Assembly (NCBI GenBank): GCA_030248215.1
Contig: JASANG010000641.1
Span: 1 to 64,000 of the forward strand
Origin: Enoplolaimus lenunculus
Taxonomy: Eukaryota
DNA: 64,000 nucleotides
Reading direction: 5' to 3'
Made by a program: the position numbers and the translations under genes. Every line of letters begins with the position of its first letter. Positions within the stretch are counted from its first letter, which is position 1. Positions 45,729 through 58,674 of the stretch are shown piece by piece. The notes beneath the pieces were generated by a model, which did no database searches, was not told where the DNA came from, and saw only the letters and a list, made by a program, of their open reading frames with translations.

Positions 45729-46547
45729 ATTTGTGAAATGATACTGTTGGGAATTTGAACCGTTCGAACATTGTTGCGTTGAATACGAGGTAGTTTTTTC
45801 GGCTTTCATTGCATGCTAAACGTGACGCAGACACGATGGGCGTGTAAAACATGCCCCTTACAACAGGCAACCAAACCAAAATTTTGTATTAAGTTTTGGT
45901 ACTAAAATTGCGTTTGGCATATGGTTTGTTCGGCTCGTGAGTTTTTTTCACCGTTATACATTGCACAACTCTCCCAGTGACAAATATCCGAATCCGCCAG
46001 CGAACATAACAAGCAGAAATACCGCAAGCGAACCGCCGCTTTTTAAAGTATCAAGTTTTCAATTTGATTTGCGGTTAAAATTGACAGAAATTAAAACGAC
46101 AGAGAAGAACGCGGCAGAGTTGTGTTGCCATTAAAGTAGTTTGTTTACTGGCGAACCTGTATTTAATACGATTTTCTTTGTCACCGTAAACGGAAAACGA
46201 ATATTTAAGTATGAACGTTTAAAAGATGTTCTATTTTTCTGCCAATCATATGAACACGATAGTGTTCATATATATGATTCGCGCATCTCAAGCGCGTATT
46301 TTCAGTTTAGTTCGCATGTTGGTGCTCAAGTAATATCAGACCGCTATCGTTTAAATTTTGTACATTGGTATCCTGGTACGTAGGGAATATTTGTGCCAAA
46401 GGATTTGGCAAACCAGTGTGGTCTTCAACAGTTACGGTCAAAAAACGCCTTACTGAAAGTGCACGAAATTTTTCATTTTGGTTCAACACTTTTTACACGT
46501 TAGCTATGTAATTTTACGGTTATAACTTTCACTACTTTATAGAGCTT

Positions 46548-48130
46548 ACGGTTAGTTTCACCCCAACGGTTGGTTTCACCCCAACAGTCGGTTTTACCCC
46601 AACGGTTGGTTTTACCCTAACGGTTGGTTTTACCCTAACGGTTGGTTTTACCCTAACGGTTGGTTTCACCCCAACGGTTGGTTTCACCCCAACGGTTGGT
46701 CTCACCCCAACGGTTGGTTTCACCCCAACGGTTGGTTTCACCCCAACGGTTGGTTTCACCCCAACGGTTGGTTTCACCCCAACGGTTGGTTTCACCCCAA
46801 CGGTTGGTTTCACCCCAACGGTTGGTTTCACCCCAACGGTTGGTTTCACCCCAACGGTTGGTTTCACCCCAACGGTTGGTTTCACCCCAACGGTTGGTTT
46901 CACCCCAACGGTTGGTTTCACCCCAACGGTTGGTTTCACCCCAACGGTTGGTTTCACCCCAACGGTTGGTGTCACCCCAACGGTTGGTTTCACCCCAACG
47001 GTTGGTTTCACCCCAACAGTTAGTTTCACCCCAACGGTTGTTTTCACCGCAACGGTTGGTTTCACCCCAACGGTTGTTTTCACCGCAACGGTTGGTTTCA
47101 CCCCAACGGTTGGTTTCACCCCAACGGTTGGTTTCACCCCAACGGTTGGTTTCACCCCAACGGTTGGTGTCACCCCAACGGTTGGTTTCACCCCAACGGT
47201 TGGTTTCACCCCAACGGTTGGTTTCACCCCAACGGTTGGTTTCACCCCAACGGTTGGTTTCACCCCAACGGTTGGTTTCACCCCAACGGGTGCTTTCACC
47301 CCAACGGTTGGTTTCACCCCAACGGTTGGTTTCACCCCAACGGTTGGTTTCACCCCAACGGTTGGTTTCACCCCAACGGTTGGTTTCACCCCAACGGGTG
47401 CTTTCACCCCAACGGTTGGTTTCACCCCAACGGTTGGTTTCACCCCAACGGTTGGTTTTACCCTAACAGTTGGTTTCACCCCAACGGTTGGTTTCACCCC
47501 AACGGTTGGTTTCACCCCAACGGTTGGTTTCACCCCAACGGTTGGTTTTGCCGCAACGGTTGGTTTCACCCCAACGGTTGGTTTCACCCCAACGGTTGGA
47601 TTCACCTCAGCGGTTGGTTTCCCCTCAACGGTTGGTTTCACCCCAACGATCGGTTTTACCCCAATGGTTGGTTTTACCCTAACGGTTGGTTTCACCCCAA
47701 CGGTTGGTTTCACCCCAACGGTTGGTTTCACCCCAACGGTTGGTTTCACCCCAACGGTTGGTTTCACACTAACGGTTGGTTTCACCCCAACGGTCGGTTT
47801 CACCCCAACGGTTGGTTTTGCCCCAACGGTTGGTTTTGCCCCAACGGTTGGTTTCACCTCAACGGTTGGTTTCACCCCAACAGTCGGTTTTACCGCAACG
47901 GTTGTTTTCACGCCAACAGTTGGTTTCACCCAAACGGTTGGTTTCACCCCAACAGTCGGTTTCACCCCAACGGTCGGTTTCACCCCTCGGTCGGTTTCAC
48001 TCCAACGGTCGGTTTCACCCCAACGGTCGGTTTCACCCCTCGGTCGGTTTCACTCCAACGGTTGGTTTCACCCCACAGTTGGTTCCACTGCAACTGATAG
48101 TTTCACCCCAGCGGTTAATTTTGCCCCGAG
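46548..48130. repeat. Minisatellite, 18-bp unit TTTCACCCCAACGGTTGG, about 85 copies
   Basis: Homogeneous core at 46660-47460 that degenerates toward 48200. Confidence 0.98.
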
Positions 48131-48363
48131 GTTAGTTTCACACAAACGGTTAGCTTCATCGCAACGGACGATGTCCCCCCCATCGTTTGCTTCGCCCCAA
48201 CTCTTGGTTTCATACAAATACTTTGATTAGGCGCTTGTTGCCATGACAATAGTTTCTTTTAACCAAGCGATCTATTTAAACTCAGTATTTAGTTTAATCA
48301 GTCCTCTCATTTTTCATAACCTGGATTGGTGGATTAAAGCAGCAGCTTGGTAAAGCGGTTGAA

Positions 48364-49263
48364 ACTAGAAAAAATGCTCAGCACTTGAGCAGCAAGGGAT
48401 ATGTTTCATATTCCTATTAAAAGTATGGTAAACTAGATCAGCACATTCGCTTGATGTAACCTGGAAAAGTATTAAGAAACAATAGCGTCCAAAATCATGT
48501 TAACTATTAATTTTTCTGAAACATATTGCGGACAGCAAAATTTCTGTAATTTTCTTTTTGTAAGAAACACATGCTTTCCTTGAATGCAAAGTGAAATAAT
48601 TTCTGAAAATGCAGACAGATTTAGCTTGGAATCCATAAAATGTATATTGAAGTTCTCTACAAGAACGCATTAAATTTACCTATGGCTTTCTATTACCATA
48701 GTAAATTGAATTTCATAAGAGCATTGTGTGGCGACATAATGGCTGTGTTAGTCCTGATGACCAATTTTGTTAGATACTTTCTTAAACAGACGTCACAAAA
48801 CGAATCGCAATTGATGATTTAAAATACCTCCACTTATAAGTGACTTTGAGTTTACTCGATTTTTGACCCTTAGTGACAAATCCTATAAATGTGCATTTCC
48901 CACCCGAGTTATCTGTTTCACTGCATAGTCACGACTATAGAAGCTCACAAATCGAACCGTATTCTGGCAACATGGATTAATGTGGCAAAATCAAAGAGCG
49001 GTATACCTCAGCCATGTCTCTGCGACCCTAAGAAATTTCTGATAGTTCCCAACAAATCCTGTCAAAAAGTTTAAAGTTAGAAATAGATTTGCTGTCCGCA
49101 AGATGTTTCAGAAAAATTAATAGTTAGCATGATTTTGGACGCTATTGTTTCTTAATACTTTTCCAGGTTACATCAAGCGAATGTGCTGATCTAGTTTACC
49201 ATACTTTTAATAGGAATATGAAACATATCCCTTGCTGCTCAAGTGCTGAGCATTTTTTCTAGT
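48364..49263. mobile_element. Element with 176-bp near-perfect terminal inverted repeats (CACTA-like end)
   Basis: 48364-48539 is the reverse complement of 49088-49263, with only 2 mismatches found by eye. The right end reads ...CTAGTG|ta. Confidence 0.85.
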
Positions 49264-49983
49264 GTAATTATAAGCGATGTCTATATTTACTGTACATTTG
49301 AAAAATTTATGGAACAAAATAGCGAAATTTGAAAATATTAAGATATTGCACCAATTTTGTTATAAACTATGAGCATAAAAATACCTGATTTTTTAGCTTT
49401 TCCATAACGGAAATGAATATCGAATTTTAGCAAAAACGGAAACAGCTCGTGTTATACGCTGCTTTAAACGTAATTGTTATAAATCAGAATACTATAAATT
49501 CCAGTGTGTTGATTTTAACTCAGAATCAGTTGAATGTACTGACAAGCCTATAATTAGGTTTTTTAGAACTCAGAATTCTAAATTGATTGAACTCCTTCTG
49601 CGTTAATTAATGAACTCGTCAAGCAATAAAATCAGCGGAGAGCGAATCGATGGTTCTTGTTAGGTACCATCCACAATGAGGTGAGTACACCGCGTGGAAA
49701 TAAAAGCGTTCAATTTACATGTAGGAAATTATAATTTTTGATATTTAAAATTAAAAAGGGAATTGAAATAGAACACATTGAACTATAAGTTCAAATACCT
49801 ATTCATGTAAGATAAAACCAGTAATGACTATTAATTCGCTCTATGAAATCTTTTATCAACTCATGACAATTTACAGTGAACGAAGGAAAATATTTAAGAT
49901 ATGTATCTTGCTGTGGACTGAAGTAAAAGTTTTTGCAGCCTCGGTAAGAATTGAGGTCTAAAGTCTAAAACGGCATCCTACCA

Positions 49984-50171
49984 GGGTCTGTGCAAATATG
50001 ACGGGATGAACGTCTTTCCACGGGACTGCAAAAGATTAAGCGTAACGCTTACACTAATTTTTTTGCTTAGGCTTTGGCTAAGACTTAGATATACGCTTAT
50101 CTTTACGCTTTAGGCTTAGGCTTTTGAATATGCGTATACTACTGTTATGGTCCTGCTCTATATATTGGCCC
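49984..50171 (-). mobile_element. TTAGGC-repeat MITE (type A)
   Basis: ...gcttaggctttggctaagacttag...ctgctctatatattggccc. Confidence 0.75.
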
Positions 50172-50546
50172 TTGACACCCCATCGTCTGATTTCAATTAT
50201 ATTTCCACTTAGCATCCGTTGAAAGCGCAATAAATAACAATTTATTGCTTTACGACTTTTATTTTATTCGAAAAAAGGTATTAACGATGCAAATTATATT
50301 TCAGAGTTCGTTTCTGCCGAAACTTAATTGACTGCTACTCTTGGCCTGTATTCTCGTGGTTGATTTGAAGCCCATTTCCTGTTTGAGTTCATATTTTTCA
50401 GACGTTTTCTTTTTATAATTCTAGGCTGTTTACGACTTTTTAAGTTAATTATTTGGGCCAGGGAATTTAAAATTTAATTTACGACTTTCAACATACCCGG
50501 TTAATATCCGAGACTGCAATCAACTTTATTGTACGTTGTGTGCATA

Positions 50547-50716
50547 CACTGCAAAAAATGGTGAGTCAAATTGACTCTCTCCAAAATAGGCTTACTCACT
50601 GACCGACTCGGGTGAGTTGAATTTGACTCTGGCGGTGTCGAAGTTGACTCTGTTTGTGTAGTCCGGAAAAGCATATTTCGGAGAGAGTCAATTTGACTCG
50701 CCATTTTTCTACAGTG
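50547..50716. mobile_element. Palindromic MITE (GAGTCAA family) with TA target duplication
   Basis: ta|CACTGCAAAAAATGGTGAGTCAAATTGACTCTCTCC ... GGAGAGAGTCAATTTGACTCGCCATTTTTCTACAGTG|ta. Partial copies near 10895-10980 and 42585-42631. Confidence 0.85.
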
Positions 50717-52454
50717 TACACTGTTCACAATTAGTTGCTCAAAGTATACTTGATGTAGGAAGAAATTTAGGTTTTCCTTAACACATGTCTTTGAATTAAT
50801 GAAAAATGCAAGCATTGTTGTTTAACCGACCCTTTTTCAATTTCCCTCCGCGACTACGCAAATGTGAGGAAGAAATGTTTTCAATTTTACGTTATCTTTT
50901 TCGGGGGGGGGAGGGTCCCGCCACCCTGTATTCCGTGCTATCTAAAGGGATATTAAACAGGATAAGGGCTTCTGCCCCCTTAGCCCAAAGTGCCTATAAA
51001 TATTGTAAAGATTATTATTGAAATATTGTTGGACATTTCGTGAGCAGATTTATTGCTGTTTGTAGCCTGAAAATTTTACGCTGTTATATTTTTTCGCATG
51101 CGATTGAAGCATAAATTTGAATTCCAACTTTGATTCAAACTGAATTTTGTCCACTTTAAAATCTTGATCTATTGAATGCTAATTGCTTGAAACCAAAAAC
51201 GTGTACCTGAAAATAAAGCTGATAAGTTTCAAATAGACTCGTGCCGCAGAGTTCGTTCGAGAGACGGGTCAATTTCGAGGCAGAGGTGGTACTCTTCAAC
51301 CTGTGCTTCCAAATTTAAATTTGCGCTTCGACATGATTTAGTAAATGTAACACGATCCTCCAAAGGTTGCCGCGCTACTTGGCTTGGAGGGCACAAGATG
51401 GCACCAGATGACACCGAACGGTACCGTAATAATCAAAGTTGCAAAACGTATAGCCAGGTCTTTACTCTGTTTTACCTTCACTCCTGCGCCAACGTTATCG
51501 ACACTGCTGGTTACTTCAAGTGCGGTCTGTGTTTTCAGCATTTGCCGCCGCGCTGAACAGTACTACAAATGATTCTTAATTCAACAAAGCAAAAACTTGC
51601 ACGTGTGAATGGAGGTTAATATATCCAAATATAGCAGAGGCAGTATGTTAAAATCAACTTTCAGAACAGCAAACATTATAAACCTGCCGATTTGTGAAAG
51701 GTTTGCGGAATTTGACTGACGTTTTAAGAAACGAAGGATATTTGCTTGAGCGTCGCTAGGACTGCATTTCGGAAGGGTATAATGTCAGTAACTGATGTTA
51801 TAAGCGCAGTGAGAGAGAACATTTTTAACCAATACGATGTAGCCGGTTTACTTTAAAACCTTTTAAAAGTGCGTTAGTTTGTGGTTTTCTTAAAGTTTTC
51901 GGCAATTGATAAAAGTAACTTAAATGTCCCCATTTAGCAATATATTCCTCTAGCATTCTGGTTGCATCCGCCCTTGCATATATGCCAATTGAGAAGTTGT
52001 ATGTTTGCAATGAAATTAGCTTTGTTTATCTTTTCATTTCCGGCTTTTATATTAAACTTTCTTTTACATTTCATGTCCGTTTCACAATAAAATTGTTTCA
52101 AATCAGGTTCAAAGAATCCATAAAAACGAAGACAGTGTAGATAAAGCATCAGGTATTACAACAATGAGATATTCTTGTTATTTTCACTGAAATCAACTTT
52201 CTTAAAATATTATTGTTCCCCTCATGCAAAAAAATAGAATTTATTTTCGGGTGTAATGTGAAGTTATAATTTATATTCAGCAGATCACCAGACACGGTTG
52301 CACCTAAGAGCAAAAAAATAGTCTACAGCTTAAGCTTTCTCTATTGCAGTCCCGCAGAAAAGCGTTCCGTACCTGATTTTTGCATGGGTCGTGATTTGTA
52401 TTCAGGAGTTTCAGGACGGCTTAGGTAGCAATACAGAAAACCACTTTGAAATTT

Positions 52455-52643
52455 GGGCCCATGTATAGAACAGGACCGGACCAGCCGTATTAGCATATTT
52501 CTAAGCCGAAAGCCTCAGCCTAAACGTAAGAGAGCCTATTCCTACGCCTAAGCCTAGCCTAAAACAAAAAATGCTCTAAAGCTTAGCCTTACTCTACTGC
52601 AATTTCACAGAAAAACATTCCGGCCCTGTTCCATACATGAACC
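52455..52643 (+). mobile_element. TTAGGC-repeat MITE (type A); a further partial copy lies at about 52300-52390
   Basis: gggcccatgtatagaacaggaccgga ... tccggccctgttccatacatgaacc. Confidence 0.8.
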
Positions 52644-53132
52644 GAAAATTTTATAAAACGTGACCCCACATTCTCGAAGCCGTGCTTACGCCCCTGTATA
52701 TTTTGGTTGGTCATTGGACCACGTGAAAGTCTTCAATTCTGCTGTTTACTCAAGTTCAAATATTATAACTGGCGTTGTTCCTTGGTTGTGGTGTTCCAAA
52801 TTTATTTACTGTAACCCAGTGGCACGAAATGACTTCCACAAATTGTTTAGTATCAATTTTCACAACACTACTTGTGTACAATTATACCATAGTTTCAATT
52901 CTGAACAATAGTTCGCTTACGGCAGTTGGCTGTATGAAAACAATGACCACTTGAGTGAAAACCGTAGGCATTTTCATTTCAAAATCAGGGCAAAATGTTT
53001 CAGTCAACTCTTTATCACAAATAATATAAACAACTGAACGCAAACCACGTTTTATGCAAAATAGTACACAGCGCACTCAGTGTTTAGCAGTTGCTACGCC
53101 TATTTGCAATTCGCAGTTACACTCGTTGAAAA

Positions 53133-53331
53133 CAGGGCCGGACCAGCCACGCCCCATACCACCATTTTGGGGACCATTATAAGGGGGCCCCGTCATAACC
53201 GGTTGAAACAAACACCGCTGAAGTTTCTAAATGCGTCTGGCTTCTCACTCGCGAGTGTGCAGGCCTCCGTCTTGAAGGTTGGAAGGAACCCCAACCCTGT
53301 CTGCTCTGGCGCTGACTGCAGACCGGCACTG
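53133..53331. mobile_element. hAT-like GC-rich MITE
   Basis: CAGGGCCGG ... CCGGCACTG ends; internal ggggcccc. Confidence 0.45.
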
Positions 53332-55168
53332 CCCCAATGGTTCGAGCGTTGAGCTTCTATCGATGAGTGGCAGGGCGTAAACGGATAGTAAAATAGCGAA
53401 AACAGCAAATGGTCAAAATAACGGAACCGGAAACACTGTTGCGAGTACAGCGCTGGGCTAACATTCAATTCAATACTCAAAATAACATTTCTGATATTTA
53501 ACAAAAAATTTCTTACATTTGAGAAATATCATTAGCAAGGTGCACTTGAAAAGTATTTCTGTTATAACAGAAATGTTTTCAAAAAACGTTTTGAAATAAC
53601 GTCTGAAAATAAACGTTTTCCAGTTATTTTTAGAAAAGTTGTCTTAAATATCAGCAAAACTTTTCAGATTTGCCACAGAAAACACTTTTCTGAATAAATT
53701 CAGCAATACTTTTTTGTGTGTAGATATGGCATCACCATAATACGTTGGTGTGGTCAGCGTCACAACAGTCGATTTAAAATCGGGGAGGCACTTTGATGGG
53801 GAAGCAGTTTATAATGGTAAACGAAACCTCGTGAGCGGATCGAGCTAGAAGCCAAATACAATTTTAGTAATTTGCGCGGGTTTACTTTCACTCGGCCAAC
53901 AGCGCGTTTGGTCAACAGTAAATTGATATGCTATCAGGTGTCTGTGAAGGGCATACGCAAAACATTTACAACAAAGCTAATTTTTTACCTGTGTTAACCT
54001 TGCAGGTAATCGAAAAATCTGCGAATTTTTATACATTTGGTTCAGTCAATTTCTCGAGCGCATGTGTTTTGTACCGTATTCCAAAAAATTATTTCACATC
54101 AAATTTGAGTGTTAAGCTTAAGTTCTTGCTCGCAAATTTGTAATGTGGGCCAAATACTCTTTATTTGACTAAAACTTTAAAAGTTGTTCATATTTTAAGG
54201 ACGTAAACGACGCTGACTTTGGGGCTCTTCAATCTTGTATCGTTCGCTAACGGCTTAGCGAGGTGTACCTAAAGATAGAGGGTTCAAAGGCTTATAGATG
54301 TTTAATAGCATACTTCTGTAGCTTTCAATGCATCAAAATGCTTCCGTCAAAGCCAAAACGTGTCAAGTTCGTTTCGTAATAAATAAATTCTCACAAGTCG
54401 TGTTTGGCTGACTACTGCGGAGACTTGAATTGTAGGCGGTCATCTTTGATGCATCGTGAATAAGTTTGCCCGCGACGACCGCGACAGAGAGTCACACCGG
54501 TTCACGGCACACAAAGACCTAATTTGTATGAGCTCCGGCAGGTCATTTTGTGGTGTGCGCACATAAGCTTTTGTATTACGACACCGATGGCTGCCGAAAC
54601 CTTTTATACCCGGTTGAAATAAATGCAAAATTTTGTATTTAATTTTCACACGTCACTCGCACAGTATTGAATAAAAGTAACCGGATGGTACCGAAAAGTA
54701 CTTTGATCGCGCGCGTAAAATGAAACTAAACGTATTAGCTATGTCATCTGGTGATTTTAAATAAATGCATATAAAGTTACATCTGTGGCGCTGGATAAGT
54801 TTATTGAAGCTGGCATGTAGTTTTTGTTCACCAAACTAAGTATCAAAAATTAGTTTGGTAATTTTTTTAATTATAAATTAGAGCACACGGTTCAAAATAG
54901 GGACGCCTATTTGAGATTGATCGTATCATCTTCAGCTAGTAAGATATTGTTAGCTACGGTATTAGCATGCTCGGTAGGTGCAGGCATGTATAGCCAGAGA
55001 TGCCCAGGGGGACTCAGCCAAATAGAAGAATTTTGGCCTCTATAGAAAATTTTCAACCTTGCTTGTATGTGATCGAAAACCTTTGTATGTCTCTCGTGTA
55101 ACTTTTTAGCGCGCCTAGCAAGGTGAACTGACTTGGTCCTGTGTAGTTGTAAAGTTTTAAATTTCATA

Positions 55169-55439
55169 CTGTAGTGACCCGAATAAAGAGGGGGTAATAA
55201 GACGAGGTCCCATTTTGAGTCCCAATCAATATGAGTTCGTATCTCTAATAAGTGCCGTAAGCGAATAGTCCCGAAACCTTAATTGGGGAATGATATAAGT
55301 AGATGGATGTTAGGTCCAACTAACAAAAGGCGGCTTAGGGCGGGTTAGAAATAAATAACAGACCGTAACTGAATAACAGGGGGTACCCTCTGGAGAGGCC
55401 AAACAAATATCAGTCCCCATCTTATTCGGGTCATTACAG
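55169..55439. mobile_element. MITE with TIR CTGTAGTGACCCGAATAAG
   Basis: ta|ctgtagtgacccgaataa ... ttattcgggtcattacag. Partial copies at 4570 and 57679. Confidence 0.75.
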
Positions 55440-55716
55440 CACGTGGGTTTAAAACCATAAATTTTAAACCTGATACAATTAAACAAAAATGTGCTGATAC
55501 GTGAAATTTTGTACGCCTTTTTCTTGTCGATAGAATAGGTCAGAGAGTGCAGTATTTAGCTAATATTAATTGAATTTAAAACTAATAAGTAAAATTTCTT
55601 AAGCATTTGTTCAAATTTTAGGCATCGATGTTACCGCAAGTCAGCGGATCTTTCGATTCGACACCAGTCTTTAGTTCAACATTGCGGCCCAATCCTTGAA
55701 TTGTGTTGAAAAGCAT

Positions 55717-55931
55717 GGTCTATGTGTAGATCAGGGGCGGAATGTTTTTCTGCGGGACTGCAATAGAGTAAAGCTTAAGTTTTAGACTATTTTTTGCTTA
55801 AGCTTAGGCTTTTGCTTAGGTTTAGGTATAAATTCATTCTTACACTTAGGCTTAGGCTTAGGTAAATCCTCATTCTGATACGCTTAGGTTTAGGAATATG
55901 ACTGTTACGATCCTTGTTCTATACATTGGCC
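55717..55931 (-). mobile_element. TTAGGC-repeat MITE (type A, full length)
   Basis: ggtctatgtgtagatcaggggcggaa ... ccttgttctatacattggcc. Confidence 0.85.
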
Positions 55932-57937
55932 AAAAGTATTAACATTTAAAACACAGCCAGATTTTTAAGATTCGTGGCAGTTGGTTTCATTAGAAATGCA
56001 TCATAGGAAGAATATGCACGCCTGCGTTCTACAGTTGTGTTTCAATTAGTGGATGTAATAGGATTAAAATGCGGAAAGCGATAAATTATTTATCCATAGA
56101 GTGCAGTTTGTGATTTTTTTTCTTACTTCCAGTAACGTATACTTGGAACGCCCCATGTTATACCGCTCCAACCGTTTTCAACAGTGTTTCTCAGCTATTT
56201 CGTCCTAATCCGAATTTAAATTTAAATTGAAGGCATTAGAAATATTTGATTAAGACCTCGGTCAAAATATATACAAGACTGTTATCGCTGTAAAGTAAAC
56301 TTCAGCGAGATTTGTAATCAACTCAGCATTTCTGGTTTTATTTCTGAGATTTAATAACAGTAAACATTAGCTCACTTTGAGCTGATTTAATTGCGGGTGA
56401 GTTGATTAATTAACTCAGAATGCGTTCAATCAATACAGAATTGTGAGTTGTGAAAGCGCTAATTCAGCATTTGTGATTCAGCTCATTCTGAATCACAAAC
56501 AATTTACTGAAATTTATACTGAAATTTAATGCAGTTAGTGACAGGTCTTGTAACTTTCTAACACGTGCGTTTTCCGTGACTCGGCGACATTTACTCCAAA
56601 ATGAAGTTTTGTATTGAAGTAGAGAAAAATGCTTCAGACTTCTCGCTCGCTTCGCTTGCGGTATATCTTTTGGCCGGTATTCGTTTGGCACTGCAGAAAT
56701 CGGGACAGCTTTAAAAAAAGAGTTCAAAGCCTGAATAGAGTCTACGAAAGAGACCAAAGCAGAAGAATGGCCAAGACTGTTCAAATAACGCGACACTCAG
56801 ACAGCCACCATAAACTTTATAAAAATGTATCACAGCAAGGCAGTTCTGTCCGAAAGAACGAATATAAAGAACAAGGGTTTTGAGTTCAACTGATGCTGAA
56901 TTAAAAATAAATAACAGTCCGTAACCGAATAACAAACAGCGTACCGTCTGAAGAGTCGATATCAAATATCACTGCTTCTTGTTGTATTCACGTCCCTACA
57001 GTAACTTTGCATTTCGTAAACTTGTTAGCTTTTTAACTGTAATCAATATATTATTCGCTTAAAACGCGACTTTTATGTTCGGCACTTAATCACAATTTGG
57101 AACCTAAAACTTTTATTTCTGTAATGTTTTCAAAGTTTTGCTGGTCGATATGTGTTCGTGCGTTCTGTTTATTTTATTCGGTTGCATATTTAATTTGTGT
57201 TAATACAATTGACGGGAAAAATAGAGTAATTTTTCACAAGTTAAAAGTTTTCTAATTCCTTTGGGCCCAGTTTAGCGTTTACAATAGCTGTAGTTTGTAG
57301 AATTCGATTAAAAATTCGGCACATTTTTAGGAAAATTTCGGTGCCTACGGTGATAAGTTTGACGGAGATTTTTTTATTAATGGGTTTGGTTCAATTTTGA
57401 GAACTGTAAATTAGTTAGAAATTGTTCGAATAAATCTGGCTATCAAAAATTTGAAAAGTTTTCAGCGTCTGAGATGGAGACAAGATGGATGTATACTGGG
57501 ACGGATCCAGAATTTTTTCCGCGGGGGAGTAGTCTGTATCCCCAATTATAAAGTCCGTTACTGGATAGATTGGATAAAAGTCCTAATTACTGTCCATATA
57601 AGAGGATAAAGTTATAGAATGGCTTGGACTGCTCAATTAATGTAACAGATGCACAGACAATTTGCTTAAACTTTATTACTGTAGTGACCCGAATAAGACA
57701 GAGATGGTAATAAAAGTACAGGGGTAGAGCCCAAAATTACTAATTTAGTCCATAAAAGTCATTTTACTTCACACAGATTGCTTAAATGCTTTCTGAAACT
57801 CAGAACAGAATTTGATTCGTTAGTCAAGGTGTAATGCTGCCACTATATTCCCAGCGGCAAACTCAAGTTAAAAATATATTCCAAATGTAACGAACTTTGA
57901 ATCATAGAAAATAGCTGGCATAAAATAAAGGTACGTT

Positions 57938-58020
57938 TATATTTATATATATATTTATATATATTATATATAATATATAAATATATATAAATAATATTTA
58001 TTTATTTATTTATAATATAT
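57938..58020. repeat. AT-rich microsatellite
   Basis: (AT)n and (TTTA)n runs. Confidence 0.85.
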
Positions 58021-58392
58021 GGAAAAAATAAATATTAGAATTTTTCACAGATTGTGAAGTGTATTGCAAAAGTTCTATTCAAAAATTAAAAATGAATTTT
58101 GATTTGAACAATTAAAAATTGATGTTTTCCGGCTCGCGTATCTTTTTTACAATTAATCATTTTCTAGCGCAGTTTTGTCGAAATCCAATAAACTAAACCA
58201 TGCAAGCTAGTATATTTGCACGAGTGCTCGAGGCATTGAATCCCTATAGTCTTATATGAGGCATGGGTTACACCCTTCAAAAATGCGTTTTTGATGACAT
58301 TTCGCTTGGACCAAAACTCCTGCAACAGTCTAAATTACATTGGGGAAATTAGTAAATGAAAAACGCTGCCCAGCATAGTTGGTATTGAACGA

Positions 58393-58674
58393 GCAAGTTT
58401 TTGCAGCGAAAACTCGCTGCAGCAACTTGCATGAAATACTTGCATCTGTATCTGTAAGTATTCTCAACAGAACGTTTCGATTGACCAATCAAACTGCAGG
58501 TGCAAGTAACCCAAGCGACTAGCAACTGAGTTCACAGGTGCGAAATAAATTAAATAGCGTGAATTCCAGTGAATACAGCTGCAAGAACTTTAAAGCTGTT
58601 TTGTGACCAAACGTTTGCGTGCAAATTGCACGTGCAAGTTTTTGATGCAAAAACTAGAGCGTGTGAATAGGGCT
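58393..58674 (-). mobile_element. PIF/Harbinger-like element end, homologous to 20511-20775
   Basis: Ends ...gcgtgtgaatagggct|taa; shares tgaccaatcaaactgcag and gctgcaagaactt..aagctg.tttgtgaccaaac. Confidence 0.65.

Noticed and set aside
46532..48230. Long ORFs (VGVKPT)n 483 aa, (LVSPQR)n and (VGFTPT)n
   Set aside because: The 18-bp unit is stop-free in five of six frames, so long ORFs are expected by chance. There is no ATG start, signal peptide or unique flanking coding sequence, and 17-bp units break the frame near 47985-48045.
51229..51572. GC-richer patch with short ORFs (EIDPSLERTL, faintly like a pogo/Tigger transposase tail)
   Set aside because: Too short and interrupted, with no DDE motifs; it cannot be supported.
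56464..56965. Cluster of 84-110 aa ORFs
   Set aside because: No recognisable motifs, stops in the most protein-like frame, and partial overlap with a MITE.
20511..58674. One giant composite transposon bounded by the inverted Harbinger-like ends and carrying PRC1
   Set aside because: The two arms are clearly diverged and another family end occurs at about 51590-51619; independent dispersed copies are the simpler explanation.
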